64,000 nucleotides of DNA from a bacterium (lineage in GTDB: Bacteria; SAR324; XYD2-FULL-50-16). The position numbers were made by a program, and so were the translations under genes. The notes beneath the pieces are model-generated. The model did no database searches. It was not told the origin of the DNA and was given only the letters and a program-made list of their open reading frames with translations. This document shows positions 20,630 through 30,836 of this stretch, piece by piece. Location of the stretch: assembly GCA_032250835.1 (NCBI GenBank), contig JAVVEA010000001.1:64001-128000 (forward strand), given 5' to 3'. Each line of letters opens with the position of its first letter. The stretch's first letter is position 1.

Positions 20630-20895
20630 AGCTGAAGCATAACTATTTGGACCTGGTTGAAGAATACAGCGCTCCGCGCGAAATCAGCCAGTTTGAAAAG
20701 GTAATGGTCTTGACCACCCGCGCCAAGGACATCTACTCAGGTAAGACCTGTCAAGTTGAGGGGTTGGGCGGGCGTAAGCCGACCACCCAGGCTCAATACG
20801 AGATGCTGAACGCCTTGCTCGATCCGGTAATCACCGAGCGCCAGCCCGGCGAAAATCAAGATTACCTCGATTATGACGAAGAGGACGACAACTAG
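20626..20895 (+). CDS. rpoZ: Probable RNA polymerase omega subunit (divergent)
   Basis: 'SQFEKVMVLTTRAKDIYSG...RKPTTQAQYE' matches the omega pattern S/N-x-F/Y-x-L-V...RA-R/K...KP...A-x-x-E; acidic tail; ATGA overlap with the upstream gene. Confidence 0.55.
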   Translation: MKLKHNYLDLVEEYSAPREISQFEKVMVLTTRAKDIYSGKTCQVEGLGGRKPTTQAQYEMLNALLDPVITERQPGENQDYLDYDEEDDN

Positions 20896-20898
20896 TCG

Positions 20899-22602
20899 AT
20901 GATCGACTTCCCTTTGGAACCAGGAAGACGGCGCACCCGCATCGTTCCGATTGGTGACTTGTCGATCGGCGGAGAGCTTCCGCCGCTGCTCCAGTCGATG
21001 ATCACTGCTCCGGCGGCCCGGCCCGAACGCGCCTTAGCGGAGATTCGGGCGCTGGACCAGGCCGGATGCCGGTTGATCCGCCTCAGCCTCCCGACCCGCA
21101 AAGAATTAGACGCTATCCCCAAGTTGCGCCAGATGATGGCCGCAGAAGGCATTAAACGGCCTTTGGTGGCTGATGTGCATTTCTCCCCCCAGTTGGCTAT
21201 CGATGCCTGCGAATGTTTTGAAAAGGTCCGGATCAACCCCGGCAACTTTTCAGATAGCCCCAAAAACAGCCGCCCCGCCCCAGATGACCCCCATTGGTTT
21301 GAAGCCGGACATTTGGAATTGCAGGCCGCTTTAGAGCCCCTGGCTCAGGCCGCTTTGCAGTACCACAGAGCCATTCGTGTAGGGGTGAATCAAGGTTCTT
21401 TGTCTGAACGCTTGATGGGGCGCTACGGAGACAGCCCCGAAGGCATGGTCCGTTCGGCCTTAGAAACTTGTGACCTGCTGGAATCCTTCGGTTTGCGGGA
21501 CCTCGTGGTTTCGTTGAAGTCCTCAAATCCTTTGACGGTCCAAAAGGCGTACCGGCTCTTGGTGGCTATGCGGGCTCCTAAAGAATTGTTGCCCTTGCAC
21601 TTAGGCGTGACCGAAGCGGGCGACGGGTTGATGGGCCGGATCAAAAGCTTAGCGGGAATCGGCCCCCTGCTTTTTGACGGATTAGGCGACACCGTAAGGG
21701 TGAGCTTGACCGAACCGAGCGAACAAGAAATTCATTTTGGGCGCGACCTGCTCGCTTCGCTAAAGCCCTCTGAAGTGGTGGAGCAAGCACTACAATCTTG
21801 GTCTAGAGACCTGATGAGCACCCGGGTAGGCAATGGGCGAGCTTGGGTCGGGGATTTGTCCTTCGGTGCACATGAGCCCTTGGCGCTGGTAGCTTTTGAG
21901 GGTGACCAGCTGGCCCCAGTGGAACCCTCCTGGGAGCCTGACTTCCGGTTGCTAGAAAAGGATCAGGGGTGGTTTGGGCCTGCCGGCGAGCCGGTCCTGA
22001 GAGTGAGCAGCCGAAGCGAGCTTGATAAAGCGCGTCTAGAGCAAAATTGGCTGTTACTGCAAGCTAGCGAGCCCGTCCGGCTGCTGCGGCGTTTTTACGC
22101 AGAACAAGGGCCTTTAAAGCAACCCTTAGGCTATCTAGTGCAGCCTGAGGACTTTAAAGGCTTGGCTCCGATGACCGAACTGGCCTGTTTGCTGGGCGAA
22201 GGGTTGGTTGATTTTGTGGTGGTTGGCCAGGGGCTTGAAGCCAGTCGCTTAGAAGCCCTCACCTATCTACTGCAGGCGACCCGCAGCCGCATCTTCATGA
22301 CCGACTACATCGCTTGTCCTTCCTGTTCTCGTACGCTCTTTGATCTCGAAGCGACGACCGCCAAGATCCGCGCGCGGACCAAGCACCTAAAGGGTCTCAA
22401 ACTGGGCGTAATGGGTTGTATTGTGAACGGTCCCGGCGAGATGGCCGATGCGGATTTTGGCTACGTTGGGAGCGGTCCAGGCAAAGTGGACCTTTATCGG
22501 GGGCAAGAAAGGGTACGCCGCAATATCGACGAATCCGAAGCGGTAGATGCGCTGATCGAACTGATCAAGGCTTCGGGCCGTTGGCAGGAGCCAACCTCTT
22601 AG
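20899..22602 (+). CDS. ispG: (E)-4-hydroxy-3-methylbut-2-enyl diphosphate synthase, long form
   Basis: 'QSM', 'PLVADVHF', 'RINPGN', 'RVGVNQGSL', 'PLHLGVTEAG', 'ACPSCSRT', 'MGCIVNGPGE'. Confidence 0.95.
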   Translation: MIDFPLEPGRRRTRIVPIGDLSIGGELPPLLQSMITAPAARPERALAEIRALDQAGCRLIRLSLPTRKELDAIPKLRQMMAAEGIKRPLVADVHFSPQLAIDACECFEKVRINPGNFSDSPKNSRPAPDDPHWFEAGHLELQAALEPLAQAALQYHRAIRVGVNQGSLSERLMGRYGDSPEGMVRSALETCDLLESFGLRDLVVSLKSSNPLTVQKAYRLLVAMRAPKELLPLHLGVTEAGDGLMGRIKSLAGIGPLLFDGLGDTVRVSLTEPSEQEIHFGRDLLASLKPSEVVEQALQSWSRDLMSTRVGNGRAWVGDLSFGAHEPLALVAFEGDQLAPVEPSWEPDFRLLEKDQGWFGPAGEPVLRVSSRSELDKARLEQNWLLLQASEPVRLLRRFYAEQGPLKQPLGYLVQPEDFKGLAPMTELACLLGEGLVDFVVVGQGLEASRLEALTYLLQATRSRIFMTDYIACPSCSRTLFDLEATTAKIRARTKHLKGLKLGVMGCIVNGPGEMADADFGYVGSGPGKVDLYRGQERVRRNIDESEAVDALIELIKASGRWQEPTS

Positions 22603-24167
22603 CGAGCCCCACCTCGTTGGTATTTAGAGATATTCAACTCCACCCGTTCCATCACCTCATTGAGCTCATCTTTGCTCATCAACAAGTTGGTCCGGTCGGG
22701 CATGACCGCGAAGATATACTTGAAGTATTCAGGCATCAGGTGAAGCAGTAGGGAGTTATCTGGGTGGCGGATTTGGCGGTTGATGAAGCTGGTCATCTGG
22801 TCAGCGCTCACCTTACGGAAGATCGGCGTAAAAACGCCCACCTCTTCTTCTAAAACGGCGGTTACGTCTTTAGGGTAAAAGGCGATAAAGAAGAACTTAG
22901 AGCAGAAGATTTTAGAATAGGCGATCATCTGTACCATCGCCAACAAGCTTTCCATCAATGAAAGTGGGGCCAACTGTAAATAAGAGGCCCCCACCCCGCC
23001 AATGCCCATCAAAAAGCCCAGCACCTGTAGGGTGATCCGTACCTTTTCTACCGCTAAATATTTAAAGTTATATCGTTTTTCAACCCAGTACAAATAGAGC
23101 CCGTGGTTGAAAGGCTTGGCTGCCATGATCACTTCTTCGGCGCTGGCTTCGCGCTCGCGTAGCTCCTTTTCGAGCTGTTTCTTCTTCTCTAGCGCTTGGC
23201 GGTTCATGATGTCTTGGATCACGTATCGACGGGTGCTGCGCATCCGGTCGGCCAAGACGATAATGAACTCGTTAGGGTTTTTCTGGTTTAAGTTGTCTGA
23301 GCGGAAGTCGCCGCGTTGGGAGACATAGTCGATGATGTCGTCGTAAAGCTTCTTGTTGTTGAAGTTACGGGTGTCTTTTTTCCGGTTGGGCTTTCCTTTG
23401 CGCCGTTTGTCTTCTTCTTCCTTGCGGTTGAAGTCACGGGCCATCTCTAGGCGGATGATCAGCGTATAGATGTCGGTGACCATGTCATAGAGGTCCGAAG
23501 AGATACGCATCATCTGGATGAAGACCTCACCTAAACTGGTCGCAAAGGCCGAGAAGTACTTGCCGGTGTCCTCGTGTTCAATCGAAGGGCGGGTGTTTAG
23601 GATGTGGCCATCGGCCATAGACTTGATTAAGCTTTCGAGCATCCCCCGGTATTCGGGATGTTCGTCTTCGTGCCAGATCAAGCTGGCCCAAGTGGTCGCG
23701 CCGTATTTTTGGGTGTCCTCGTTGGCCAACAAAAGACTGATGACGTCCAAAAAATGGGCGTGCATATCCGGGTCTTTGAGGTTGCGGTAGAGTAAGTCAC
23801 CGATGCGCGCTGTGGCCAGTGACTCGTCCATCTCCCGCTCGCTGATGGACGTAATCCGGGTAGCCACCCTGAGGGCAAAGTCGCGCGGGACCGCCCTGGG
23901 CTCGATTTCGACCATCTCCATGTTGATCTGGTCGTCGATTTGAGCTTTTTTATTGTCTCGTTTTGTGGCCGAAGAATCGGGCTTTTCTTGCGGCCCTTTG
24001 GGTTCCTTTCGACCGCCCTTACCAGCTGACCCGTTCTTTGGACTGGGCTTTTGAGCTTGCGGAGCCGCAGTCTCGGGCGGTACCGGAGGCTCTTGTACCG
24101 GCGTTTCAGGCGGGGGCGTGCCTAAAGACTCGGGACTGGGGCTTGACTGGTTGGTCGGTTGTTCCAT
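22599..24167 (-). CDS. Hypothetical membrane-anchored protein (Pro-rich N-terminus, helical/coiled-coil core, two TM helices near the C-terminus)
   Basis: Long ORF with typical codon usage and no recognisable motif. Start likely MEQPTNQ (24167) rather than the TTG at 24254. Confidence 0.7.
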   Translation of the reverse strand: MEQPTNQSSPSPESLGTPPPETPVQEPPVPPETAAPQAQKPSPKNGSAGKGGRKEPKGPQEKPDSSATKRDNKKAQIDDQINMEMVEIEPRAVPRDFALRVATRITSISEREMDESLATARIGDLLYRNLKDPDMHAHFLDVISLLLANEDTQKYGATTWASLIWHEDEHPEYRGMLESLIKSMADGHILNTRPSIEHEDTGKYFSAFATSLGEVFIQMMRISSDLYDMVTDIYTLIIRLEMARDFNRKEEEDKRRKGKPNRKKDTRNFNNKKLYDDIIDYVSQRGDFRSDNLNQKNPNEFIIVLADRMRSTRRYVIQDIMNRQALEKKKQLEKELREREASAEEVIMAAKPFNHGLYLYWVEKRYNFKYLAVEKVRITLQVLGFLMGIGGVGASYLQLAPLSLMESLLAMVQMIAYSKIFCSKFFFIAFYPKDVTAVLEEEVGVFTPIFRKVSADQMTSFINRQIRHPDNSLLLHLMPEYFKYIFAVMPDRTNLLMSKDELNEVMERVELNISKYQRGGAR

Positions 24168-24477
24168 CGACGATTGCTGCCTAAAGTGTTGCACTGGAAG
24201 GGTTCCTTGGAGGTCCAGCCGCCAAGGCCGAGCCGAATAAACCGATCCACTCAAGGTTGATTATGCAGGTTTGATGCAGCTTTTACCGCTAAGGTTAAGT
24301 TTTTTTTAAAAAAACCTGGGCCGTCTTCAAAGAGAACTTCCAGCAGGGGGTCAAAATGGACCGGCCTATGGATGCCAGTTTACGACAATTTGTCGGTTAA
24401 GCAAAGTAAAGCGGGGGGGATCTAGTTAATTTGGGCTACCCAGGATGAACCCATTTTGTTAGACTTTTTTAAATTGA

Positions 24478-25509
<1,032 letters not shown>

Positions 25510-25521
25510 CCACGGAGCGCC

Positions 25522-26115
25522 TTGAAACCAAGCAATTCACGCCTTAGAAACCAGTCAAGACACGACCACGCCTACATTTCGTTGAAGGTCGAGGTCGATG
25601 GTGAGTGGCACTGGATCAAGGCGCTGCATTGGAACGAGATCGGCTTTAATTTCTTTTTCGATACCGCCCTCCCAATCGGTCAGGAGCTTCCGTTTAAGAA
25701 AGGCCTGACCCATTTTAAGGGCCGGATCGTTTGGCAGCGCCAAGAGGTAGATGGGGCTCGGCTGATCGACATGGCCTTAAACCTGATCCTCTTGGAACAC
25801 GTGATCGACCAGGAACACCAAAAGGATTTGGTGTTGATGTACGAGGTGATGGACATGGTGCGCGATGGCGAACACCCGGAATATAAACTTCAGTTTGCCG
25901 CCGAACACCTGAACCTGATCATCTCCGAAGATGACCTTCGCGGCAAAATCAACCAAAACCAGTGGAGTGAGCTGGGGCAGGTTGGCGTTGAGGTCGATTC
26001 GGACGGATGGGCGGACGTGGTTGAAGAGGCACTCAAGCAGTCTGAAGGGATTTTGGCTTTGGACGAAAAGGCCCGCCAGCGCAATATAGAAAAGTTGTTG
26101 GCCCTGAAGAAATAA
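25522..26115 (+). CDS. Hypothetical protein (possibly degenerate PilZ-like beta-barrel with helical insertion)
   Basis: ORF 12 nt after gap, with RBS GGAG and a TTG start; N-terminal RxxxR ('RNQSR'), 'GRIVW', 'QVGVEV'. Confidence 0.55.
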   Translation: MKPSNSRLRNQSRHDHAYISLKVEVDGEWHWIKALHWNEIGFNFFFDTALPIGQELPFKKGLTHFKGRIVWQRQEVDGARLIDMALNLILLEHVIDQEHQKDLVLMYEVMDMVRDGEHPEYKLQFAAEHLNLIISEDDLRGKINQNQWSELGQVGVEVDSDGWADVVEEALKQSEGILALDEKARQRNIEKLLALKK

Positions 26116-26128
26116 GCCTGAACTGGAT

Positions 26129-26174
26129 AAAAAAGCCCCCAGGGAATTTTCCGATTCTCTGGGGGCCTTTTTTT
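26129..26174. terminator. Bidirectional intrinsic terminator
   Basis: AAAAAAGCCCCCAGGGAAT-loop-ATTCTCTGGGGGCCTTTTTTT. Confidence 0.88.
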
Positions 26175-26625
26175 ATAAAATGATCTGGTTGGGCGCTTCG
26201 TCTTCTGGGAGCAAATAGTCCTCTAGATCGTCAGGGTCCACTAGGTTGCTGGGCACCATTTTGCCGGCCAGCGTGATCCCCGCCTTTACGGGCCCTTCTC
26301 CACCCATTAGGGGATGCCAATCAGGCAACGGCTGCCCTTCATAAACCAACAGATAAGCGCAGGTCAGGGGCATCAACTCGGCGATGTGTAGGTGCTCGAT
26401 CTTGATGCGGGTGCATTCAGGTTGCCGTTCGAAGCGGTTTTCGTAGTCCGTGCAAAGGCAAGTTTCCTGATCGATCAGCCAGCAGGCCACGTTGGTATAA
26501 CAAACCTCGTCCGGGTCCTCGTAAACCACTTTTTGCAGGCAGCAGAGTCCGCATCCGTCGCAAAGGGACTCCCATTCCTCTGGGCTCATTTGTTTGAGCG
26601 TTTTGGTTTCCCAAAAGGGTTTCAT
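26173..26625 (-). CDS. ycgN: YcgN/UPF0260 cysteine-cluster (CxxCxxCC) protein
   Basis: 'FWETKTL..MSPEEWESLCDGCGLCCLQK', 'CTDYENR', 'LPDWHPL'. Confidence 0.88.
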   Translation of the reverse strand: MKPFWETKTLKQMSPEEWESLCDGCGLCCLQKVVYEDPDEVCYTNVACWLIDQETCLCTDYENRFERQPECTRIKIEHLHIAELMPLTCAYLLVYEGQPLPDWHPLMGGEGPVKAGITLAGKMVPSNLVDPDDLEDYLLPEDEAPNQIIL

Positions 26626-27386
26626 TTACGGTTCCAATCGTTAAGTGACCAGTCGTATTCTAGCCATTCGATCTTTTCGGCTTCAATCAAGGGCTTTGCC
26701 GCAGGCCAGCGAGGGGAAATGAAGCCAGACAATCCGCCGGGTAGGGACTCAAAGTCTTCGTCGAACCAATCAAAAATTTTCGAAAGCTTCAGTCGGCCCG
26801 CTTCTTGTCGGTTTTTGTTGGGGTCCTTTAAAAAGGCCCTCAAAGATGTTTCCAGTTGCTGTTCAAGCGTCTCCGCCCGGTAGGGTTCCCTGATAAGGTT
26901 TGGGCAGCTCAGCGAGGCGCAGACCAGGGCAAAATGGATGCGCCGTTCAGTGAATTGGGCCCGTAGCTTTTGGTGCTCAATTTCGTCTAGGCTATAATCT
27001 TGCCCGAAGAGCTGGAAAAATTCTAGCCCAAAGGGGCTGCGGTAAAAAGGGCCGATTTCTTTGATCGACTCCACCGGGTAGTGCTCGACCACCAACTGGA
27101 CGCTAAAGAGATTGTATGCATTGATCCAAAAGGCTAGTTGCTGCGACTCATTCCATGAGTCGAACTGGGCGCGGTCAAGCCGCCTAAACTCCTCAGTCGC
27201 CCGGTTCAGGGACGTCCGATCGGCCTTTAGGCTAGCGTAATCCAGATAGGTTTGGTGGCCCTGCTGGTGCCAAGCTTGCTCCAGTACCGCGTTCCAGGAG
27301 CCATATTGCAGGTCAAAAGCTAAAAGCGGAAAGGACCAGCCCAGGGCAAAAAGCAGCGGCAATAAAAGGCGCAAGGAGGCCTTCAT
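26622..27386 (-). CDS. DUF547 domain secreted protein
   Basis: Signal peptide, 'QLAFWINAYN', 'SLDEIEH', 'RIHFALVCASLSCP', 'LSKIFDWFDEDF', 'YDWSLN'. Start at 27386 (ATGA overlap). Confidence 0.88.
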   Translation of the reverse strand: MKASLRLLLPLLFALGWSFPLLAFDLQYGSWNAVLEQAWHQQGHQTYLDYASLKADRTSLNRATEEFRRLDRAQFDSWNESQQLAFWINAYNLFSVQLVVEHYPVESIKEIGPFYRSPFGLEFFQLFGQDYSLDEIEHQKLRAQFTERRIHFALVCASLSCPNLIREPYRAETLEQQLETSLRAFLKDPNKNRQEAGRLKLSKIFDWFDEDFESLPGGLSGFISPRWPAAKPLIEAEKIEWLEYDWSLNDWNRK

Positions 27387-29536
27387 CCGCGCCTCCAGGT
27401 AAACCAACGGCGTAGTATCTTCAGGACTCTTTCGGGTTGGTGGTTCTTTTTCCATTCACCGGCGGCGTACTTGCTGGCTTCGGCCATGGTGGGGTAGAGA
27501 TGGATGCAGCTCAAGATTTTTTTTAACCCTAGTCGGTGTTTCATGGCCAGCACCCACTCATGAATCCATTCACCGGCATGGGCACCGACAATTGTGACCC
27601 CTAAGATGACATCCTTTCCCGGCTCGGTCAGTACTTTAACGAACCCTTCAGTAGCGTGGTCGGTAATGGCGCGGTCTAAATCGGCTAGGTCGTAATGGCT
27701 GACTTCGAAGGCGATTCCTTGGTCCGTTGCTTCGGCTTCGTTGAGGCCGACTCTAGCCACTTCGGGGTCGGTGAAGGTGCACCAGGGCATCACCCGGTTG
27801 TCTACGGCGAATTTCTTGAGCGGTGCGAAGAGTCCGTTGACGGCGGCGTACCAAGCCTGATGTGACGCCGCATGGGTGAATTGGTAGCCGCCCGAAACAT
27901 CGCCAGCGACCAAAATATTGGGAAACCTAGTGCGCTGGTAGGCATCGGGCCGCAGGGCTCCGCGGTCTACCTCGACCCCTAAATCTTGTAAACCCAACCC
28001 CCCTCCCTCGGGCACTCGACCCAAGGCGATCAGACATAGGTCAAAGGGGAATTCAAAGGGGTCCTGCTTTATTGTCCCCAGCGCCCAGGGCTGCCCGTCG
28101 CGTAGCTCAAATTGGGTGACCTCACTGTTGAGGCGGACCTCGACTCCATCCAGGCTCAAGGCTGCTTGGATCAATGCTGAAGCGGCGGGGTCTTCTCGCT
28201 TGAGCAGCCGCCCCCCTCGGTCTATTTGGGTTACTTTTGAACCCAGACTAGCAAAGGCCTGGGCCAGTTCGCAGCCAATCGGTCCACCACCTAACACCAG
28301 TAATCTCTGGGGCAGTTCTTTGAGCTGCCACAGGGTTTCGCTGGTACGGAAGGGAATGGATTTTAGTCCCTTGATTTGTGGCACCCGAGGTTTGGCTCCG
28401 GTGGCGATCACCAAACAGCGGCTGGTCAATACTTGCCCGGCCACTTCAACCCGCCAGGGGTCCAGTACCTTGGCCTGACCGGCATAAACCTCGACGCCCA
28501 AGGCTCGGTAGCGTTCCACCGAATCATGGGGCGCGACGGCGTCAATGCGGCGCTGTACCGACGCCATAACCGATCCAAAATCCACCTTAAATTGCGCGGG
28601 TTCCAGGCCGAGTGCAGCGGCTTGGCGGTTCAAACGCAATAACTTTGCGGTCTGCAGCAGGCTTTTGCTGGGGACGCAGCCTGTGTTGAGGCAATCCCCG
28701 CCCATTTTAGCCTGTTCCACAATGGCCCCCTTGGCCCCAACCACCTGGGCGATATAAGCCGAAACCAACCCGCCGGAACCGGCCCCAATGGCCAATAGGT
28801 CGAAGTCGAAGGATTTGGGTTTATGGTAGGGCTGGTATAGGCGGTGTTGAGCAAACCGCCAAAGACCCCATTTGGCGAACCATGGAAAGGCCCCCAGCAG
28901 GGCGAAGGCAAGGAGTAAACGCGGATCGGTGAAGTCTGAAGCGCTCTGGATTTCCCCTAGTTTAAGCCCCGCATAAACATAAACCGCAGTGCCCGGCAGC
29001 ATGCTTAGTTGACTGACCCAATAAAAGGTTCTTAAAGGAATCTGGGTCAACCCCATCAACAGGTTGATCACAAAAAAAGGAAAGATGGGCACCAGACGCA
29101 GGGTGGCCAGATAAAAAAGTCCGTCCCGTTGGAGGCCTTGGTTTAGCGTTTTTAAGCGCTTTTTAAAGCGCTTTTGGACCCAGTCGCGCAACAACCAACG
29201 AGAAAGCAAAAAGGCCAAACTAGCGCCGAGGGTACTTGCAAAGGAGGCGATCAGCAGCCCCACCTCAAGGCCGAACAAGGCACCCGAAAGTAGGGTCAAC
29301 CAGACCGCGCCAGGCAAACTGACGGCAACGGCGAAGGAGTAAAATAGAAAAAATAAAGTGAGCGTGTAGGCTCGGTGGGCTTGGTAGTAGGCCTCAAACT
29401 GCGCTTGGCGGTCCTGGACCCATTGCAGGTCGATTTGGGACAGCCAACCGCTCTGCCAGAGCCAACCGGCTCCGGCGAGCAGTCCTAAGACCAAAAGAAC
29501 CTTAAGACCCCAACTTGCGGTCCACTTAGGGGCCAT
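27383..29536 (-). CDS. VTT/SNARE-associated membrane domain fused to a pyridine nucleotide-disulfide oxidoreductase (MerA/Lpd-like)
   Basis: N-terminal VTT domain ('LRLVPIFPFFVIN'), 'GAGSGG', redox 'GGDCLNTGCVPSK', 'GGGPIGCE', 'HLYPT'. There is no C-terminal MerA Cys-Cys pair. Confidence 0.88.
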   Translation of the reverse strand: MAPKWTASWGLKVLLVLGLLAGAGWLWQSGWLSQIDLQWVQDRQAQFEAYYQAHRAYTLTLFFLFYSFAVAVSLPGAVWLTLLSGALFGLEVGLLIASFASTLGASLAFLLSRWLLRDWVQKRFKKRLKTLNQGLQRDGLFYLATLRLVPIFPFFVINLLMGLTQIPLRTFYWVSQLSMLPGTAVYVYAGLKLGEIQSASDFTDPRLLLAFALLGAFPWFAKWGLWRFAQHRLYQPYHKPKSFDFDLLAIGAGSGGLVSAYIAQVVGAKGAIVEQAKMGGDCLNTGCVPSKSLLQTAKLLRLNRQAAALGLEPAQFKVDFGSVMASVQRRIDAVAPHDSVERYRALGVEVYAGQAKVLDPWRVEVAGQVLTSRCLVIATGAKPRVPQIKGLKSIPFRTSETLWQLKELPQRLLVLGGGPIGCELAQAFASLGSKVTQIDRGGRLLKREDPAASALIQAALSLDGVEVRLNSEVTQFELRDGQPWALGTIKQDPFEFPFDLCLIALGRVPEGGGLGLQDLGVEVDRGALRPDAYQRTRFPNILVAGDVSGGYQFTHAASHQAWYAAVNGLFAPLKKFAVDNRVMPWCTFTDPEVARVGLNEAEATDQGIAFEVSHYDLADLDRAITDHATEGFVKVLTEPGKDVILGVTIVGAHAGEWIHEWVLAMKHRLGLKKILSCIHLYPTMAEASKYAAGEWKKNHQPERVLKILRRWFTWRRG

Positions 29537-30836
29537 TGTAGCCGCCTTCAACGAAGCTCGGCTGTCCGGTTGATTCGAGTACATCGCGCCACATTCGTCC
29601 AGCGTCATGCAAGGTTTTGCGCTTGCTGACTGCTAGAGAAATGGGGATGTTGCAATAGACACCGTGCCAGACACTAACCACCATCCCGGTTTTTCCGACC
29701 ATCGCCGCATGGACCGCGTTTTGCCCTAAGGTAGCGCAGTAAAGCCCGTCAGCCGTGTTGGCGGGGATGCTGCGGATCATGTAGCTAGGGTCGATGTACT
29801 TGAGGTTAATCCCCATGTCCCGGTCCTTAAAGTAGGTCTTCATCTGCTCGCGCAGGTAAATGCCGATGTCCTGCAATAACAAATTGCCCGAGGCGTCCCG
29901 CTTTTCTTCGGCTCCTTCAAAGTACTTTTGCCCCGCGCCTTCGGCGACCACAATCACCGCATGTTGGCGCAACTTGAGCCGTTCTTCTAAATCGGCCAGT
30001 AAGCCGTGAGGGCCTTCTAGATCGAAGTCGACTTCAGGCACCAAAACATAATTTACGTCCCGTTGGCTCAAAGCGGCGGCTGCAGCAATGAAGCCCGAAT
30101 ACCGCCCCATCAGCTTGACCAAGCCGATCCCAAGGGGAAAGGACTTAGCTTCAGCATGGGCGCATTTGATGGCCTCACAGGCAGCGTCTACGGCGGTCTC
30201 AAAGCCAAAGCTTCGCGAAATGAAGCTGATGTCGTTGTCGATCGTTTTGGGCACGGCCACCACACCGATCTTTTTGTCCCGCTTGGCTACCTCTTCTTGG
30301 ATCTTTTGCGCCGCCCGTAGGCTGCCATCGCCGCCGATCACGAAGAGGATATTGACGCCCTGACGGTCTAAGGTGTCTACAATCTGGTCGATGTCCTGCT
30401 GGCCCCGGCTGCTACCTAAGACGGTGCCGCCTAATTCGTGGATGTCGGTGACCGCTTCGGGGGTCAGGTCCAAAAAGGGCAAACCAAATTCGGGGACAAA
30501 GCCCTGAAGCCCAAACTGAGCGCCAAAAATCTTGCGCACCCCGTAGCCGTGCCAAAGCCTTAAGACAATACTACGGATCACGTCGTTTAAGCCCGGACAG
30601 ATCCCGCCGCAGGTGACGATAGCGGCGGTGACTTTCCTGGGGTCAAAGTAGACCTTCGCCGAGGGTAGGGAAGACTCGAAACAGATGGGTTCACAAGTCT
30701 TGCCCGGCTGCCAGTAGGGGTCATATAAGATATGCCGCTCTTGGACTTCTTCTTGGTGGTACTTAAAGGGGCTGGGGATTTTTGGCTCTCCCAGTGTTTG
30801 GACAACCGTTTGCGCGGCGGTCAGGGGCTCTAACAT
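29526..30836 (-). CDS. pfkA: ATP-dependent 6-phosphofructokinase (plant/trypanosome/spirochaete-like clade)
   Basis: 'VTCGGICPGLNDVIR', 'GGTVLGSSRG', 'IGGDGS', 'PKTIDNDI', 'KLMGRYSG', 'KYIDPSYMIRS'. Confidence 0.92.
   Translation of the reverse strand: MLEPLTAAQTVVQTLGEPKIPSPFKYHQEEVQERHILYDPYWQPGKTCEPICFESSLPSAKVYFDPRKVTAAIVTCGGICPGLNDVIRSIVLRLWHGYGVRKIFGAQFGLQGFVPEFGLPFLDLTPEAVTDIHELGGTVLGSSRGQQDIDQIVDTLDRQGVNILFVIGGDGSLRAAQKIQEEVAKRDKKIGVVAVPKTIDNDISFISRSFGFETAVDAACEAIKCAHAEAKSFPLGIGLVKLMGRYSGFIAAAAALSQRDVNYVLVPEVDFDLEGPHGLLADLEERLKLRQHAVIVVAEGAGQKYFEGAEEKRDASGNLLLQDIGIYLREQMKTYFKDRDMGINLKYIDPSYMIRSIPANTADGLYCATLGQNAVHAAMVGKTGMVVSVWHGVYCNIPISLAVSKRKTLHDAGRMWRDVLESTGQPSFVEGGYNGP

Noticed and set aside
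27383..29536. Mercuric reductase MerA
   Set aside because: No C-terminal Cys-Cys pair, no NmerA domain and no mer operon genes nearby.
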